Of a stretch of DNA of 64,000 nucleotides, positions 46,864 through 55,758 are shown piece by piece. Within the stretch, counting starts at the first letter, position 1. Each line of letters starts with the position of its first letter. The notes beneath the pieces are model-generated. The model saw nothing but the letters and a program-made list of their open reading frames with translations. It was not told where the DNA came from and searched no databases. The position numbers and the translations under genes were made by a program. Origin of the DNA: an uncultured Candidatus Saccharibacteria bacterium (GTDB lineage Bacteria > Patescibacteriota > Saccharimonadia > Saccharimonadales > UBA10212); assembly GCA_964400155.1 (NCBI GenBank), contig CAYNSQ010000001.1, forward strand, positions 31,938-95,937. Reading direction: 5' to 3'.

Positions 46864-47520
46864 ATGGGACGTACACAAAATCGAGCACTAGTAAAAAAGC
46901 TGATCAATCCGTTACAAGCACTTGTTTTTGGAGGCTTGTTAGGAATTATCGGATTTGCGATGCTTTTAAGTTTAGACAATCAGGTGGCGTTCTGGGTGGC
47001 TTTGTTTGGTTTTATTGTTTATACCACTGTTTATGGCTATGCCAAACGTCATAGCCCCCTTGGAACACTTGTGGGAGCCTTTGCGGGTGCTGTTCCACCA
47101 GTAGTTGGCTACACGGCTGCCTCGGGAGATTTAGATAATAATGCCATATTATTATATGTAATTTTACTGACATGGCAGATGCCACATTTCTATGCTATTG
47201 CCATAAAAAGATTAAAAGAATATCAATTTGCAAATATACCAGTATGGCCTGATAAATTCGGTATGAAGTCAACTAAAATAAATATGGTGTTTTACGGATG
47301 TGGGTTTGTAATTTCTTCTACATCTTTATCCGTTTTTGCAGACGCTGGTTACTTTTACTTATTAGTTATGTTAGCTGTAGGGTTATGGTGGTTAATGTTA
47401 ATTCTGAAAGGATTCAAAACTACAAATAACACCTTATGGGCTGGCCATGTATTCAAACGCTCCCTAAGCGTATTAATGGTTTTTTCACTTATGATTGCAA
47501 TCGACAATTTACTAGTTTAG
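46864..47520 (+). CDS. cyoE: protoheme IX farnesyltransferase (heme O synthase), UbiA family. Homology extends upstream to ~46669 in the same frame with no canonical start codon.
   Basis: The ORF-track segment has a UbiA-type TM topology and motifs. The in-frame upstream 195 nt (open from 46630) encode YYRLTKPGIVYGNSIVAASAFFYG...NNYTDKHIDSIMGRTQNRA, which is the conserved CyoE/CtaB N-terminus including the Asp-rich NxxxDxxxD region. No ATG, GTG or TTG precedes it; only ATT (46669) or ATA. Confidence 0.75.
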   Translation: MGRTQNRALVKKLINPLQALVFGGLLGIIGFAMLLSLDNQVAFWVALFGFIVYTTVYGYAKRHSPLGTLVGAFAGAVPPVVGYTAASGDLDNNAILLYVILLTWQMPHFYAIAIKRLKEYQFANIPVWPDKFGMKSTKINMVFYGCGFVISSTSLSVFADAGYFYLLVMLAVGLWWLMLILKGFKTTNNTLWAGHVFKRSLSVLMVFSLMIAIDNLLV

Positions 47521-47541
47521 TTAGGATGTTATAATTTAGTT

Positions 47542-47793
47542 ATGCTTGTTTACTTACACATTGGCTTTGCATTAGCTGGCCTTATTATTTCAGGTTATAA
47601 CTTACTTAGACCTTCGTCCTTCAAGCAGATAGCTGGCTACATTTCAATAATTGCTACGACAATTAGCGGAACCTTCCTAATCATTACTACAAATGCTTCG
47701 CTTGTTCCGGCATGTCTTAGCGGATTAGCTTATTTATCTGTTGTAAGTTTGTGCTTATTCTTAAGTCATAAAAGACTTCAGTCTACAGAGTAG
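47542..47793 (+). CDS. small membrane protein (83 aa, 3 TM), unknown
   Basis: Hydrophobic ORF following cyoE. Confidence 0.4.
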   Translation: MLVYLHIGFALAGLIISGYNLLRPSSFKQIAGYISIIATTISGTFLIITTNASLVPACLSGLAYLSVVSLCLFLSHKRLQSTE

Positions 47794-47869
47794 CACTACA
47801 TCTTTTAAATGCTTGTGATTATTATTACTACACTTTAATATTCGCCGATCTCAAAATAGGTAGTATAAT

Positions 47870-48427
47870 ATGCTCATTAATAAGGGAGTTACTATGCAAG
47901 AACAACTTAAGGGTGTGGCTTGGGCGCTAGGTCTTTGGGGGGCTTTATCAGTAATCTTCGGTACGCTAATTGTGGCGTGGCCAGGCATAACACTAAAAGT
48001 TTTCCTGCTTATACTTGGGATTTATCTGTTAGCGAGTGGGGCTGTTTTGGCAGTTGGATCAATAATTAGACGGAACGGGCATTGGGTTGGTGGAATACTT
48101 ATGGGAGCCTTGAGCGTAATTGCTGGCCTATACGTATTCGCGCATCCGCAAATTAGCGGTTTGGTGGTTCTGACACTTATTGCAATCTGGTCTATCGCTA
48201 TTGGCGCGTTACAAATTGTGGCAGGTCTAGAAGGTAACAATAACTGGTGGATGGTTGCCTCGGGCGTTATATACACTCTATTTGGATTGTATATCTTCGC
48301 TAACCCTGCAGGAGGAGCTATAGCGCTAGTATGGTTAATCGGCTTAACTGTTATAGCTGGCGGAATTGTCTCAATCGTCGGTGCTTTTAAAGTAAATTCG
48401 ATGGAAAATACCCTAAAACGAGCGTAA
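47870..48427 (+). CDS. HdeD/DUF308-family membrane protein
   Basis: Repeated short TM motif typical of DUF308 (GLWGALSVIFGTLIVAWPG; GILMGALSVIAGLYVFAHP; GLTVIAGGIVSIVGAF). Confidence 0.6.
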   Translation: MLINKGVTMQEQLKGVAWALGLWGALSVIFGTLIVAWPGITLKVFLLILGIYLLASGAVLAVGSIIRRNGHWVGGILMGALSVIAGLYVFAHPQISGLVVLTLIAIWSIAIGALQIVAGLEGNNNWWMVASGVIYTLFGLYIFANPAGGAIALVWLIGLTVIAGGIVSIVGAFKVNSMENTLKRA

Positions 48428-48453
48428 TCACAAAATTAATATTTATAAAATAT

Positions 48454-48481
48454 CCTGTCAGTGTTGGCAGGGTATTTTTTT
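48454..48481 (+). terminator. rho-independent terminator after the quinol-oxidase block
   Basis: CCTGTC-AGTGTT-GGCAGG stem (one G-U pair) followed by GTATTTTTTT. Confidence 0.6.
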
Positions 48482-48646
48482 AGTTTGACTGCGCTTATGT
48501 TTTAAAATAATCTTTACAGTTTGTAATCTTTGCTTTATTATCAACTTATTAAGGTGTTCTTAGCACCTTGGAGGGCTACTCTTGGATTACCCAGGGGTGG
48601 CTTATTTTATTAACAAACAGGTGGGAACAATAGGAGTACAAGGTTC

Positions 48647-49153
48647 ATGAAAAAATTATTAGTAGCGGTAAGCGCATCAGTACTTAGCTTAGCATTCGTT
48701 CCAGCTGCTGTTATGGCAGAGGACTGTAGCATTTCAGGTACTGGCCCAGGGTCAAGCAACGAGTGTGTCGTTGAAAACACACAAGAATGTAATGTTGTTA
48801 ACAATAACGATGTAAATGTTGATAACAACAATAACCAGGACTCAACGAGTGGTGATGCCGGAACAGGCAACAACACTACTGGCGGTGATGCAAATAGTGG
48901 CAATGCAGACAATAACAACGAAACTGATGTTGATATCGACATTGATAATGACGGATGTGTATCAGAAGAAACTTCTACTCCAACTGAGGGCGGAAAAGGC
49001 GGTGGTACAACTACAACCCCACAGGTTGAAGCCGCAACAACCACACTCCCTGACACTGGTGCTGAAATGGTAGCAGTTAGCTTAGCAACAGCAGTCGTTC
49101 TTGGTACTGCCTCAGCAATCGCTACTAAGAAATTTGTCAGTGACGAAAACTAA
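48647..49153 (+). CDS. secreted LPXTG-anchored surface protein with Asn/Asp/Thr-rich low-complexity region
   Basis: Signal peptide (MKKLLVAVSASVLSLAFVPAAVMA). N/D/T/G-rich repeats. A C-terminal sorting signal: LPDTG, then a hydrophobic segment (AEMVAVSLATAVVLGTASAIA), then a KK-containing tail. Confidence 0.8.
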   Translation: MKKLLVAVSASVLSLAFVPAAVMAEDCSISGTGPGSSNECVVENTQECNVVNNNDVNVDNNNNQDSTSGDAGTGNNTTGGDANSGNADNNNETDVDIDIDNDGCVSEETSTPTEGGKGGGTTTTPQVEAATTTLPDTGAEMVAVSLATAVVLGTASAIATKKFVSDEN

Positions 49154-49183
49154 ACACAATAATTAGTTAGTTTTTTATAAATT

Positions 49184-49220
49184 AAGAACTCGGTGGTAAT
49201 TTAGCCGAGTTCTTTTTTTG
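49184..49220 (+). terminator. rho-independent terminator after the LPXTG gene
   Basis: AAGAACTCGG-loop-CCGAGTTCTT 10-bp stem followed by TTTTTT. Confidence 0.75.
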
Positions 49221-49248
49221 TTAGTGGTTCATCTCTATAATATAATAC

Positions 49249-49899
49249 GTGAAATTTATTAAAACTAACTCACCTGATGATGCTGCATGTTTTGTAGCTG
49301 ATTTAATAAGTTCTAAAATTTCAAATGACAAGAAAGTACTGTGGTTAGTGCCGGGTGGTTCTGCCTTAACCGTAGCAGTTAAGGCTTCACAAGCTATACA
49401 TGGGGTAGATAGTAATTTATTCATTACTCTTACGGACGAAAGACCAGGTCCGGTAGGACATAAAGATTCTAACTGGCAACAACTTAAAGAAGCAGGTTTT
49501 AACTATTTAACTCGTGAGTATTACGAAGTTTTACAAAATCAAGACACATTACAAGAAACCACGGCTTTTGCCGCCTGGTTGGGACACTTTTTTACCAGTG
49601 TTGATTTTAAAATCGGACTATTTGGAATTGGTTCGGATGGTCATACGGCAGGCATCTTACCTGGGCAGACATCACCCCGCGGAGCTTTAGCTGCTTATTA
49701 TAAAGAAGAAAACAGGGAAAGGATTAGTGTTACACCTTATTTAATCACACAGCTCGACCTAGCAGTTGTCTATGCATTAGGTCTAGATAAAAAACCAATG
49801 CTTGAGTTACTTGCAAATAATACTCCAAATGATCTTCCGCTTTCTAATTTAAAAGCAGCCGGTGAGCTTATCATATATAATGACCAGATAGAATTATGA
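49249..49899 (+). CDS. pgl: 6-phosphogluconolactonase
   Basis: GlcN6P-deaminase/6PGL fold with a GIGSDGHTAG motif and N-terminal VLWLVPGGSALTV. GTG start 3 nt after a TATAAT, so the start is uncertain. Confidence 0.7.
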   Translation: MKFIKTNSPDDAACFVADLISSKISNDKKVLWLVPGGSALTVAVKASQAIHGVDSNLFITLTDERPGPVGHKDSNWQQLKEAGFNYLTREYYEVLQNQDTLQETTAFAAWLGHFFTSVDFKIGLFGIGSDGHTAGILPGQTSPRGALAAYYKEENRERISVTPYLITQLDLAVVYALGLDKKPMLELLANNTPNDLPLSNLKAAGELIIYNDQIEL

Positions 49900-50795
49900 A
49901 AATTGCTATACATGGACTTGGACGAATGGGGCAACAAATTGCCCAGAAATTAGCCGAAAACGGTCACGTAGTCGTTGCCCACAACAGAAGCAAAGAACCA
50001 ATTGAAGAAGCATCTAAATTTGGAGCAAAGCCGGCTTACATTAAAGAAGATGTGCTTTCTTCTTTTAGCGAACAACAGTTCGTCATGTGGTTAATGCTTC
50101 CTGCAGATGTTGTAGATGATGAACTCAATGAATGGTTGAGTCTAGCGCCGAAAGACAGTTTATTTATTGACGGTGGAAACTCAGATTACAGAAACACTCA
50201 GAAAAGGTCAGGGTTAGTTGCTGAAAAAGGTTCAACTTTACTTGACGTAGGTACCAGTGGAGGCGTTTGGGGATATAAGAACGGCTTTTCAATGATGGCA
50301 GGGGGCGATGAAACAGGATTCAAGTCAATTGAACCAGTTCTTCAGACCCTCGCCCAACCAAATGGTGGTTATCAGTATTTTGGCGCTTCAGGCAGTGGGC
50401 ATTTTGTAAAGATGGTTCATAACGCTATAGAATACGGCATGATGGAATCCCTAGCCGAAGGCTATCGAATTTTAAAAGAAGGTCCTTATAAAGACATAGA
50501 CCTGGCAAAAGCTGGAGACGTCTGGCAACAGAGTAGTGTTGTAACATCTTGGTTGAATGACCTCACTCGCCAGGTATTGCATGAAAATCCAGAGTTAGAA
50601 GGAATTGAAGGAGTTGTTGCCGAGTCAGGTGAAGCAAGATGGACTTTAGAAACAGCTAAAGAGTTAAATATACCGATGCCTGCAATCCAAACATCATTTG
50701 ACGTACGCCTCGCCAGCCAAAAAGGGGATACTAGTTTTACTACTAAATTACTGGCTGCCATGCGCAATAAGTTTGGTGGACATAAACTATACTAA
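49896..50795 (+). CDS. gnd: 6-phosphogluconate dehydrogenase-like (short, decarboxylating Gnd/YqeC type)
   Basis: N-terminal Rossmann (MKIAIHGLGRMGQQIAQKL). A Gnd catalytic region is present (GTSGGVWGYKNGFSMMAGGD ... GSGHFVKMVHNAIEYGMM). ATGA overlap with pgl. Confidence 0.75.
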   Translation: MKIAIHGLGRMGQQIAQKLAENGHVVVAHNRSKEPIEEASKFGAKPAYIKEDVLSSFSEQQFVMWLMLPADVVDDELNEWLSLAPKDSLFIDGGNSDYRNTQKRSGLVAEKGSTLLDVGTSGGVWGYKNGFSMMAGGDETGFKSIEPVLQTLAQPNGGYQYFGASGSGHFVKMVHNAIEYGMMESLAEGYRILKEGPYKDIDLAKAGDVWQQSSVVTSWLNDLTRQVLHENPELEGIEGVVAESGEARWTLETAKELNIPMPAIQTSFDVRLASQKGDTSFTTKLLAAMRNKFGGHKLY

Positions 50796-50860
50796 AACCA
50801 AATTTGCATTATTTGCACAGAAGTACTAAAATTTATTTAAACTAAGGAGTTAGGAGACAT

Positions 50861-51496
50861 ATGCAAGAGGTTATTGTTGCGCTTTTTGCACTAGGCATAG
50901 GCTTTTTATTTAGTTTCTATGGCTACAAAGCCATGAGACTACTTTTACCTTTGTGGGGTCTAGTGGCAGGTTATTGGTTGGGTGCAGAATTAGTAAACGT
51001 TATAACAGGTGATGGGTTCTTTGGAACAGCGCTTTCCATTGCTGTAGGTGTTGTATTTGCATTAGTAGGTGCAGTTCTTGCTTACTTATTTTATGCAGCC
51101 GCAATTGTAATATTTATGGGAATGATAGGATACTGGTTGGGTGCAGGTCTATTGATAGCTGTTGGTGTTGACCCTGGTTTTCTAACAGTACTTGTTGGCA
51201 TTATTGTTGGACTGGCTCTAGCTGGCTTTAGCTTAAGAGTAAGAGCACCAAAATACTTCTTATTGTTCTTTACAGCCCTTGCCGGAGCAGCACTAATGGT
51301 ATGCGGTTTGTTACTACTCGGAAATGTTGTTGATTTACCAACTCTAAAAGAAGGTCCAATCAACCTAGTTACCGAACAATCTTGGATATGGCAGTTACTG
51401 TGGTTAGGAGTAGCTGCAGTCGGATTAACTACTCAATTAGTAAATAGTGAAAAAGAAGAAGTCCTATGGCTTAAGGAATGGGAAGTAGGTAAATAA
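50861..51496 (+). CDS. polytopic membrane protein, unknown (211 aa)
   Basis: Six hydrophobic helices rich in Gly/Ala/Leu. RBS AAGGAG. Confidence 0.45.
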   Translation: MQEVIVALFALGIGFLFSFYGYKAMRLLLPLWGLVAGYWLGAELVNVITGDGFFGTALSIAVGVVFALVGAVLAYLFYAAAIVIFMGMIGYWLGAGLLIAVGVDPGFLTVLVGIIVGLALAGFSLRVRAPKYFLLFFTALAGAALMVCGLLLLGNVVDLPTLKEGPINLVTEQSWIWQLLWLGVAAVGLTTQLVNSEKEEVLWLKEWEVGK

Positions 51497-51497
51497 T

Positions 51498-52109
51498 ATG
51501 GCAAAGAAAACCACACATCACTTACATAGTGAAATTAATTTTGGAAAGGTCGTACCCGACCCTAAACTTAGCAATGATACTTGGTGGCTTTGGCTGATAA
51601 GGGGAATTGCACTGCTTGCATTCGGTTCCGTTGCACTTTTCTGGCCAGGAATAACATTATACGTACTTGCTTTTTTGTTTAGCTTATACATTGTTATTTC
51701 AGGTATTGTAGATGTAATTGTAGGACTCAGAAGTTTAGGGCATGGCGGATCATGGTTCTTAAAGGCACTGTGGGGTATAGCTCAAATTGGTGTTGGCGTG
51801 TATATCATCAACCATGGTCAAACAATATTAATAGCAACATTCATTCTACTAATGGGCCTATCCTTCATATTTCAGGGAATAGTAGAACTAGTGGCATACT
51901 TTAAATCCTCAACTGATGTAGGATCTCGTGGTTGGTTAATTTTTGGTGGTATTTTAAGCCTCATTGCCGGCATTGTTATTCTACGCCAACCAGCCGTAGG
52001 CGGATTAGCGTTTGTCTGGATACTTGGTTTTTACGGAATCCTAGGAGGTGCTACAAGTATTGCAGTTGCACTTGGTCTTCGCGGTGGCAATAACAGATTG
52101 GCTGTTTGA
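51498..52109 (+). CDS. HdeD/DUF308-family membrane protein (second copy)
   Basis: Same repeated motif architecture as 47870..48427 (ALLAFGSVALFWPG; GIAQIGVGVYIINHG; GILSLIAGIVILRQP). Confidence 0.6.
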   Translation: MAKKTTHHLHSEINFGKVVPDPKLSNDTWWLWLIRGIALLAFGSVALFWPGITLYVLAFLFSLYIVISGIVDVIVGLRSLGHGGSWFLKALWGIAQIGVGVYIINHGQTILIATFILLMGLSFIFQGIVELVAYFKSSTDVGSRGWLIFGGILSLIAGIVILRQPAVGGLAFVWILGFYGILGGATSIAVALGLRGGNNRLAV

Positions 52110-52118
52110 GAATATTAA

Positions 52119-52442
52119 ATGGTGGGTCGAATGAATCGTAATTCACAATTAGTAGCAGCAGCCATTATGCTTGCTATTTGGCTTGGTATTGGTACTGTAG
52201 TTTTTCATCATCTTGAAAAATGGACCTGGATACAATCACTTTATTTTTCAACCACTACACTAACTACTATAGGCTATGGCGACTTACATCCTACAACTGA
52301 CTTAAGCAGACTGGTTGATGTTTTTTACATGATTACAGGTGTCATCACAGTGTTATCTGCATTTACTATAATTGGTACTACAAGACTTGAAGTAAGAGCC
52401 AAGCAAATTGAGCAACGCCGAGAAAAAGACCCCAAAAGTTAA
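52119..52442 (+). CDS. minimal two-TM potassium channel (KcsA-like pore domain)
   Basis: TM1, pore helix, selectivity filter TTIGYGD (TTLTTIGYGDLHP), TM2. 107 aa. Confidence 0.75.
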   Translation: MVGRMNRNSQLVAAAIMLAIWLGIGTVVFHHLEKWTWIQSLYFSTTTLTTIGYGDLHPTTDLSRLVDVFYMITGVITVLSAFTIIGTTRLEVRAKQIEQRREKDPKS

Positions 52443-52485
52443 ATAAAAAACTTAGATCTGAAATTGATAAAAAATATACTTTAGA

Positions 52486-53766
52486 CTACTTTTTAGTTTT
52501 CGTATTGCTGGCAAGTAATTCTATGCCTGCAAGTAGCAACAGCGCAAGGCTAGCAAATACTAAAATCCTAGTTGGAGTTAACTGAACTCTTAACATCACT
52601 ACGGTTAGTAGGAGCAAGCCAAAGACACGTAGAGCATGTTTTGTCTTACCGACCCATAAAGTAATGCTATTTTCTTTACTAAAAAGCGCACTGTGGGCTT
52701 TACCCTGGAAAAGTAATTGAAGTCTATCTCGCAAGTTTGTAGCAACTTTTGTTGGACCGCTTAAGAAGGCAGCTAGGAACACCACTAATGACAAAGTCAT
52801 TATAGTTACACTTTGTAATACAAATGGTTGGAAGATGATTCCTGCCGCACTACGAGCAGCCGATTGATATTCCGGCATTACATTATTTGCAATTAATGCA
52901 GTAGCTATGCGCAGACCTAGCAGAGTTACCAGCATCAACACAGCAAACATAACACTAAGAATTATCAACATTCTTCGTTTGTTATGTGACAACCAAATCG
53001 CACCAGCACTTAATACGACAATTAGACCGAGACTTAAATACTTAAATGTATTAATATTGCTACTAATAAAATGAAGTGCTTTTAGTTTGTTAGATTCTAA
53101 TATTGTGATTTGACCCACTTTGTCAGGTAATTTTTTGCCTGACAATAAGCTTAGCTTTGTGTCTTCTAGGTTAGATGTCAACTGCTGAAAAACTTCGTTT
53201 AAGTTTATTACTCCATCTTGACCCTGCGGCGAGTTAGCTAATTTTAAAAGATCATCATGAGCTTTTACATTAACCTTTATCCATACGCTTTGAAATTTTT
53301 CTGATGCCAGTATTTTGTTTATTGACTCCTGAGTAAATGTCTTAAGTCTTGTAGTTAATGTCGGAGCCAAGAAGTCTGCCTTGGGTGGTAAGACACTGGT
53401 TATTATTCCTTCAACATCATTGTTATCAAATATCCGGTTTGTAGTGTAGAAAGATAATGCTTGCTGGATTTCTGGGTCCTTTATTAGATTGGTCGTAACT
53501 TTTTGGTATTGTTGAGAGTCAACTACTGTGCGAGCACCCCAAAAAAGGGTGTTACAAACTAGTAATAATGCACCGGCGAAACCAGCTAAAAGTACAATCG
53601 CAAGTGCCCGCCAAGTCTTCCCGAAAGCACCATTCTTATCTATGGATTCAGAATCAACAGCTAGTTTATGCTTTAGTTTTTTATTTTCGGTTTTTAGGGC
53701 TTGGTTGTTCTTTTTTAGCTTATCCATTTGTGACTCTTTTCTGGACTTAGTATAATTGTTTGCCAT
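52486..53766 (-). CDS. membrane protein with N-terminal coiled coil, periplasmic region and C-terminal multi-TM domain; unknown
   Basis: 426 aa. Lys-rich heptads at the N-terminus, a TM at ~60-85, a ~180-aa soluble segment, then 5-6 TM helices. Confidence 0.45.
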   Translation of the reverse strand: MANNYTKSRKESQMDKLKKNNQALKTENKKLKHKLAVDSESIDKNGAFGKTWRALAIVLLAGFAGALLLVCNTLFWGARTVVDSQQYQKVTTNLIKDPEIQQALSFYTTNRIFDNNDVEGIITSVLPPKADFLAPTLTTRLKTFTQESINKILASEKFQSVWIKVNVKAHDDLLKLANSPQGQDGVINLNEVFQQLTSNLEDTKLSLLSGKKLPDKVGQITILESNKLKALHFISSNINTFKYLSLGLIVVLSAGAIWLSHNKRRMLIILSVMFAVLMLVTLLGLRIATALIANNVMPEYQSAARSAAGIIFQPFVLQSVTIMTLSLVVFLAAFLSGPTKVATNLRDRLQLLFQGKAHSALFSKENSITLWVGKTKHALRVFGLLLLTVVMLRVQLTPTRILVFASLALLLLAGIELLASNTKTKK

Positions 53767-53778
53767 GTTAATTGTATC

Positions 53779-54882
53779 CTAATCCTTAGCTATTCTTTTG
53801 TTAACTATAAGTTGTTTAACGCTACTTGATTTTTCAACCTCTAGGTATGTAAGGATTGTCGTCACCAGAACTATCATAATAACCGGACCTATTATAATAC
53901 CTAAAAAGCCAAACATTGCTACTCCTGCAAAAACGCTAAGTATAGTTAGTGCTGAATTTAATTTAGCGTCTTTTGGTACTAGTTTAGGCCGCACAATATT
54001 ATCTATATTAGTAACTACAAGTAAGTGGTTAAGGATGACTACAATACCTTGCCATACATTTCCTGTAAGTATTAGTGCTACACCAAGTGGTAAGGTGATA
54101 ATTCCCGCACCTAATGGTATTAGAGACAAAAATGTCAAAAAGATTAGAAAAAAACTAAATAAACTATGAAATCCAACTAGGTATAGAACAATAGCACTTT
54201 CGGCTCCCTGCATAAAAGCAATAATAAATTGTCCTTTTGTCATTGCCTTAGTCATAGAACCCATCTTATTTAAATATGTGTCGCTCATATCACGCCCTAG
54301 TGGGTTAAGTTTTTTGATTACATTTATCAGTGCGTCTTGATGCATTAAAATGTTTACGAATATATATATGTAGATAATGCCATTTGTAATAATTTTAGTA
54401 ACGTTACCAATTGTTCCAGCAATAATATCTACAATGTTGCCCGCAAGTGTTGAAATAGCGTTGTTAACAGCTGTATTTACTTCTTCTGTAGTAATCTGAT
54501 GATCTCCAGGAAGACTAGCCAGCAATTTATTAACAGCATCAAGCGCCGATTGCCCAAAACTACCTAACTCCGAGGTCGGATTAGTCGATAAATCACCTAG
54601 CAAGTTTTTTATTTGCAGATAAGTAATCAATAATATTATTGCAAGAGGAACAACAATAACTAAAGTACTTACAAGGAAAGTCAAAGAAGCTGAAAATCCT
54701 TGACGGCCTTTACCATAACGATTTACAAACCTCTGATGAATTGGGTTGAACAAGAAAGCCATGATTGCTGCTAGAACAATTACACCAATGTAACCTCTTA
54801 AAAAATATGCCCCAAAGGCTATTGCTGCAACAATGGCGTAGTTCCAAGCTCTGTATTGTTTAGCGTTAACCAAAAGTTTCAT
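53779..54882 (-). CDS. AI-2E family transporter (second copy)
   Basis: 367-aa polytopic protein with AI-2E-like topology (IVLAAIMAFLFNPIHQRFVNRYG). Confidence 0.6.
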   Translation of the reverse strand: MKLLVNAKQYRAWNYAIVAAIAFGAYFLRGYIGVIVLAAIMAFLFNPIHQRFVNRYGKGRQGFSASLTFLVSTLVIVVPLAIILLITYLQIKNLLGDLSTNPTSELGSFGQSALDAVNKLLASLPGDHQITTEEVNTAVNNAISTLAGNIVDIIAGTIGNVTKIITNGIIYIYIFVNILMHQDALINVIKKLNPLGRDMSDTYLNKMGSMTKAMTKGQFIIAFMQGAESAIVLYLVGFHSLFSFFLIFLTFLSLIPLGAGIITLPLGVALILTGNVWQGIVVILNHLLVVTNIDNIVRPKLVPKDAKLNSALTILSVFAGVAMFGFLGIIIGPVIMIVLVTTILTYLEVEKSSSVKQLIVNKRIAKD

Positions 54883-54943
54883 AATTTTTACATATTATAC
54901 ATTAATTTAAGTTTTTTAGCTAGCTTTTCTATGGTTATAGTGT

Positions 54944-55645
54944 TCATATAACATCAGCAATACTGTGAAGTATAAAGAATATCCCAATTGCCAATAATCC
55001 AATAGTTATAGCTAGATCAATATTCCTACTTAGTAATTTATCAATTTGTTTATCTAGTAGGTCTAACATGTCATGTTTGAAGAAGTAATAGTAAAGAATT
55101 ATTAGAAAAGGCACGAGACCAATTAATATAACCCAGATCACAGCAAGAGTCGAAAATGGTTGTGGAATCGAATGAACAGCTAAGAACTTGGCAAGTGCTA
55201 GAATCGCAAATATGTTAGTTACACTTAAGATTGACTTAAAGAATGCAAAACTAAATAGTGCCGATAATTTATCTGGCGGTTTTTTAGAAATTAACGATGA
55301 TGTTTTTTTTGGAGTCCCGTGTAACTTTGTGTATCTCCATCTTTTAGTTGCTAAACTAACCAGCCATACTCCAAGTACTAGATCTACTAGGGGCGGTACT
55401 TTTATTTTTTCAGCAATTCCTTTAATTGAAAATTCCGAAGTCGGATCTAAAAATAGAGCTGCCAGTACAGCAATTATTATCAATGGAAGCGCCATGCCAG
55501 CCATCAAAATAGTTGTTCTTAAAATAGGTCTTTCTGATTTTAGAACAACCAGCACATTAACTAAAACTATCATTGGACTGAATGCTATTAGCAGTCCAAG
55601 CATTGTTATCAGCAGTATATTTAGTAAAAGGTAAAGTAAGTCCAT
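54944..55645 (-). CDS. polytopic membrane protein, unknown (233 aa)
   Basis: Six or seven hydrophobic helices. No motif assigned. Confidence 0.4.
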   Translation of the reverse strand: MDLLYLLLNILLITMLGLLIAFSPMIVLVNVLVVLKSERPILRTTILMAGMALPLIIIAVLAALFLDPTSEFSIKGIAEKIKVPPLVDLVLGVWLVSLATKRWRYTKLHGTPKKTSSLISKKPPDKLSALFSFAFFKSILSVTNIFAILALAKFLAVHSIPQPFSTLAVIWVILIGLVPFLIILYYYFFKHDMLDLLDKQIDKLLSRNIDLAITIGLLAIGIFFILHSIADVI

Positions 55646-55707
55646 TAAAGATTGTTTCCCCTTGCTAACTACATTATATAGATAATTCTAAAGTTAAGTT
55701 AAACGAA

Positions 55708-55750
55708 TAAACCCGCAATGTTAGCATTGCGGGTTTATGAGATTTTTTAG
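55708..55750 (-). terminator. hairpin terminator (ACCCGCAATG-loop-CATTGCGGGT) downstream of the 55759..56163 gene; T-rich on both sides
   Basis: 12-bp near-perfect stem with a 4-nt loop. Flanked by A-run and T-run, so it can act for the minus-strand gene ending at 55759. Confidence 0.6.
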
Positions 55751-55758
55751 TTTTTCTT

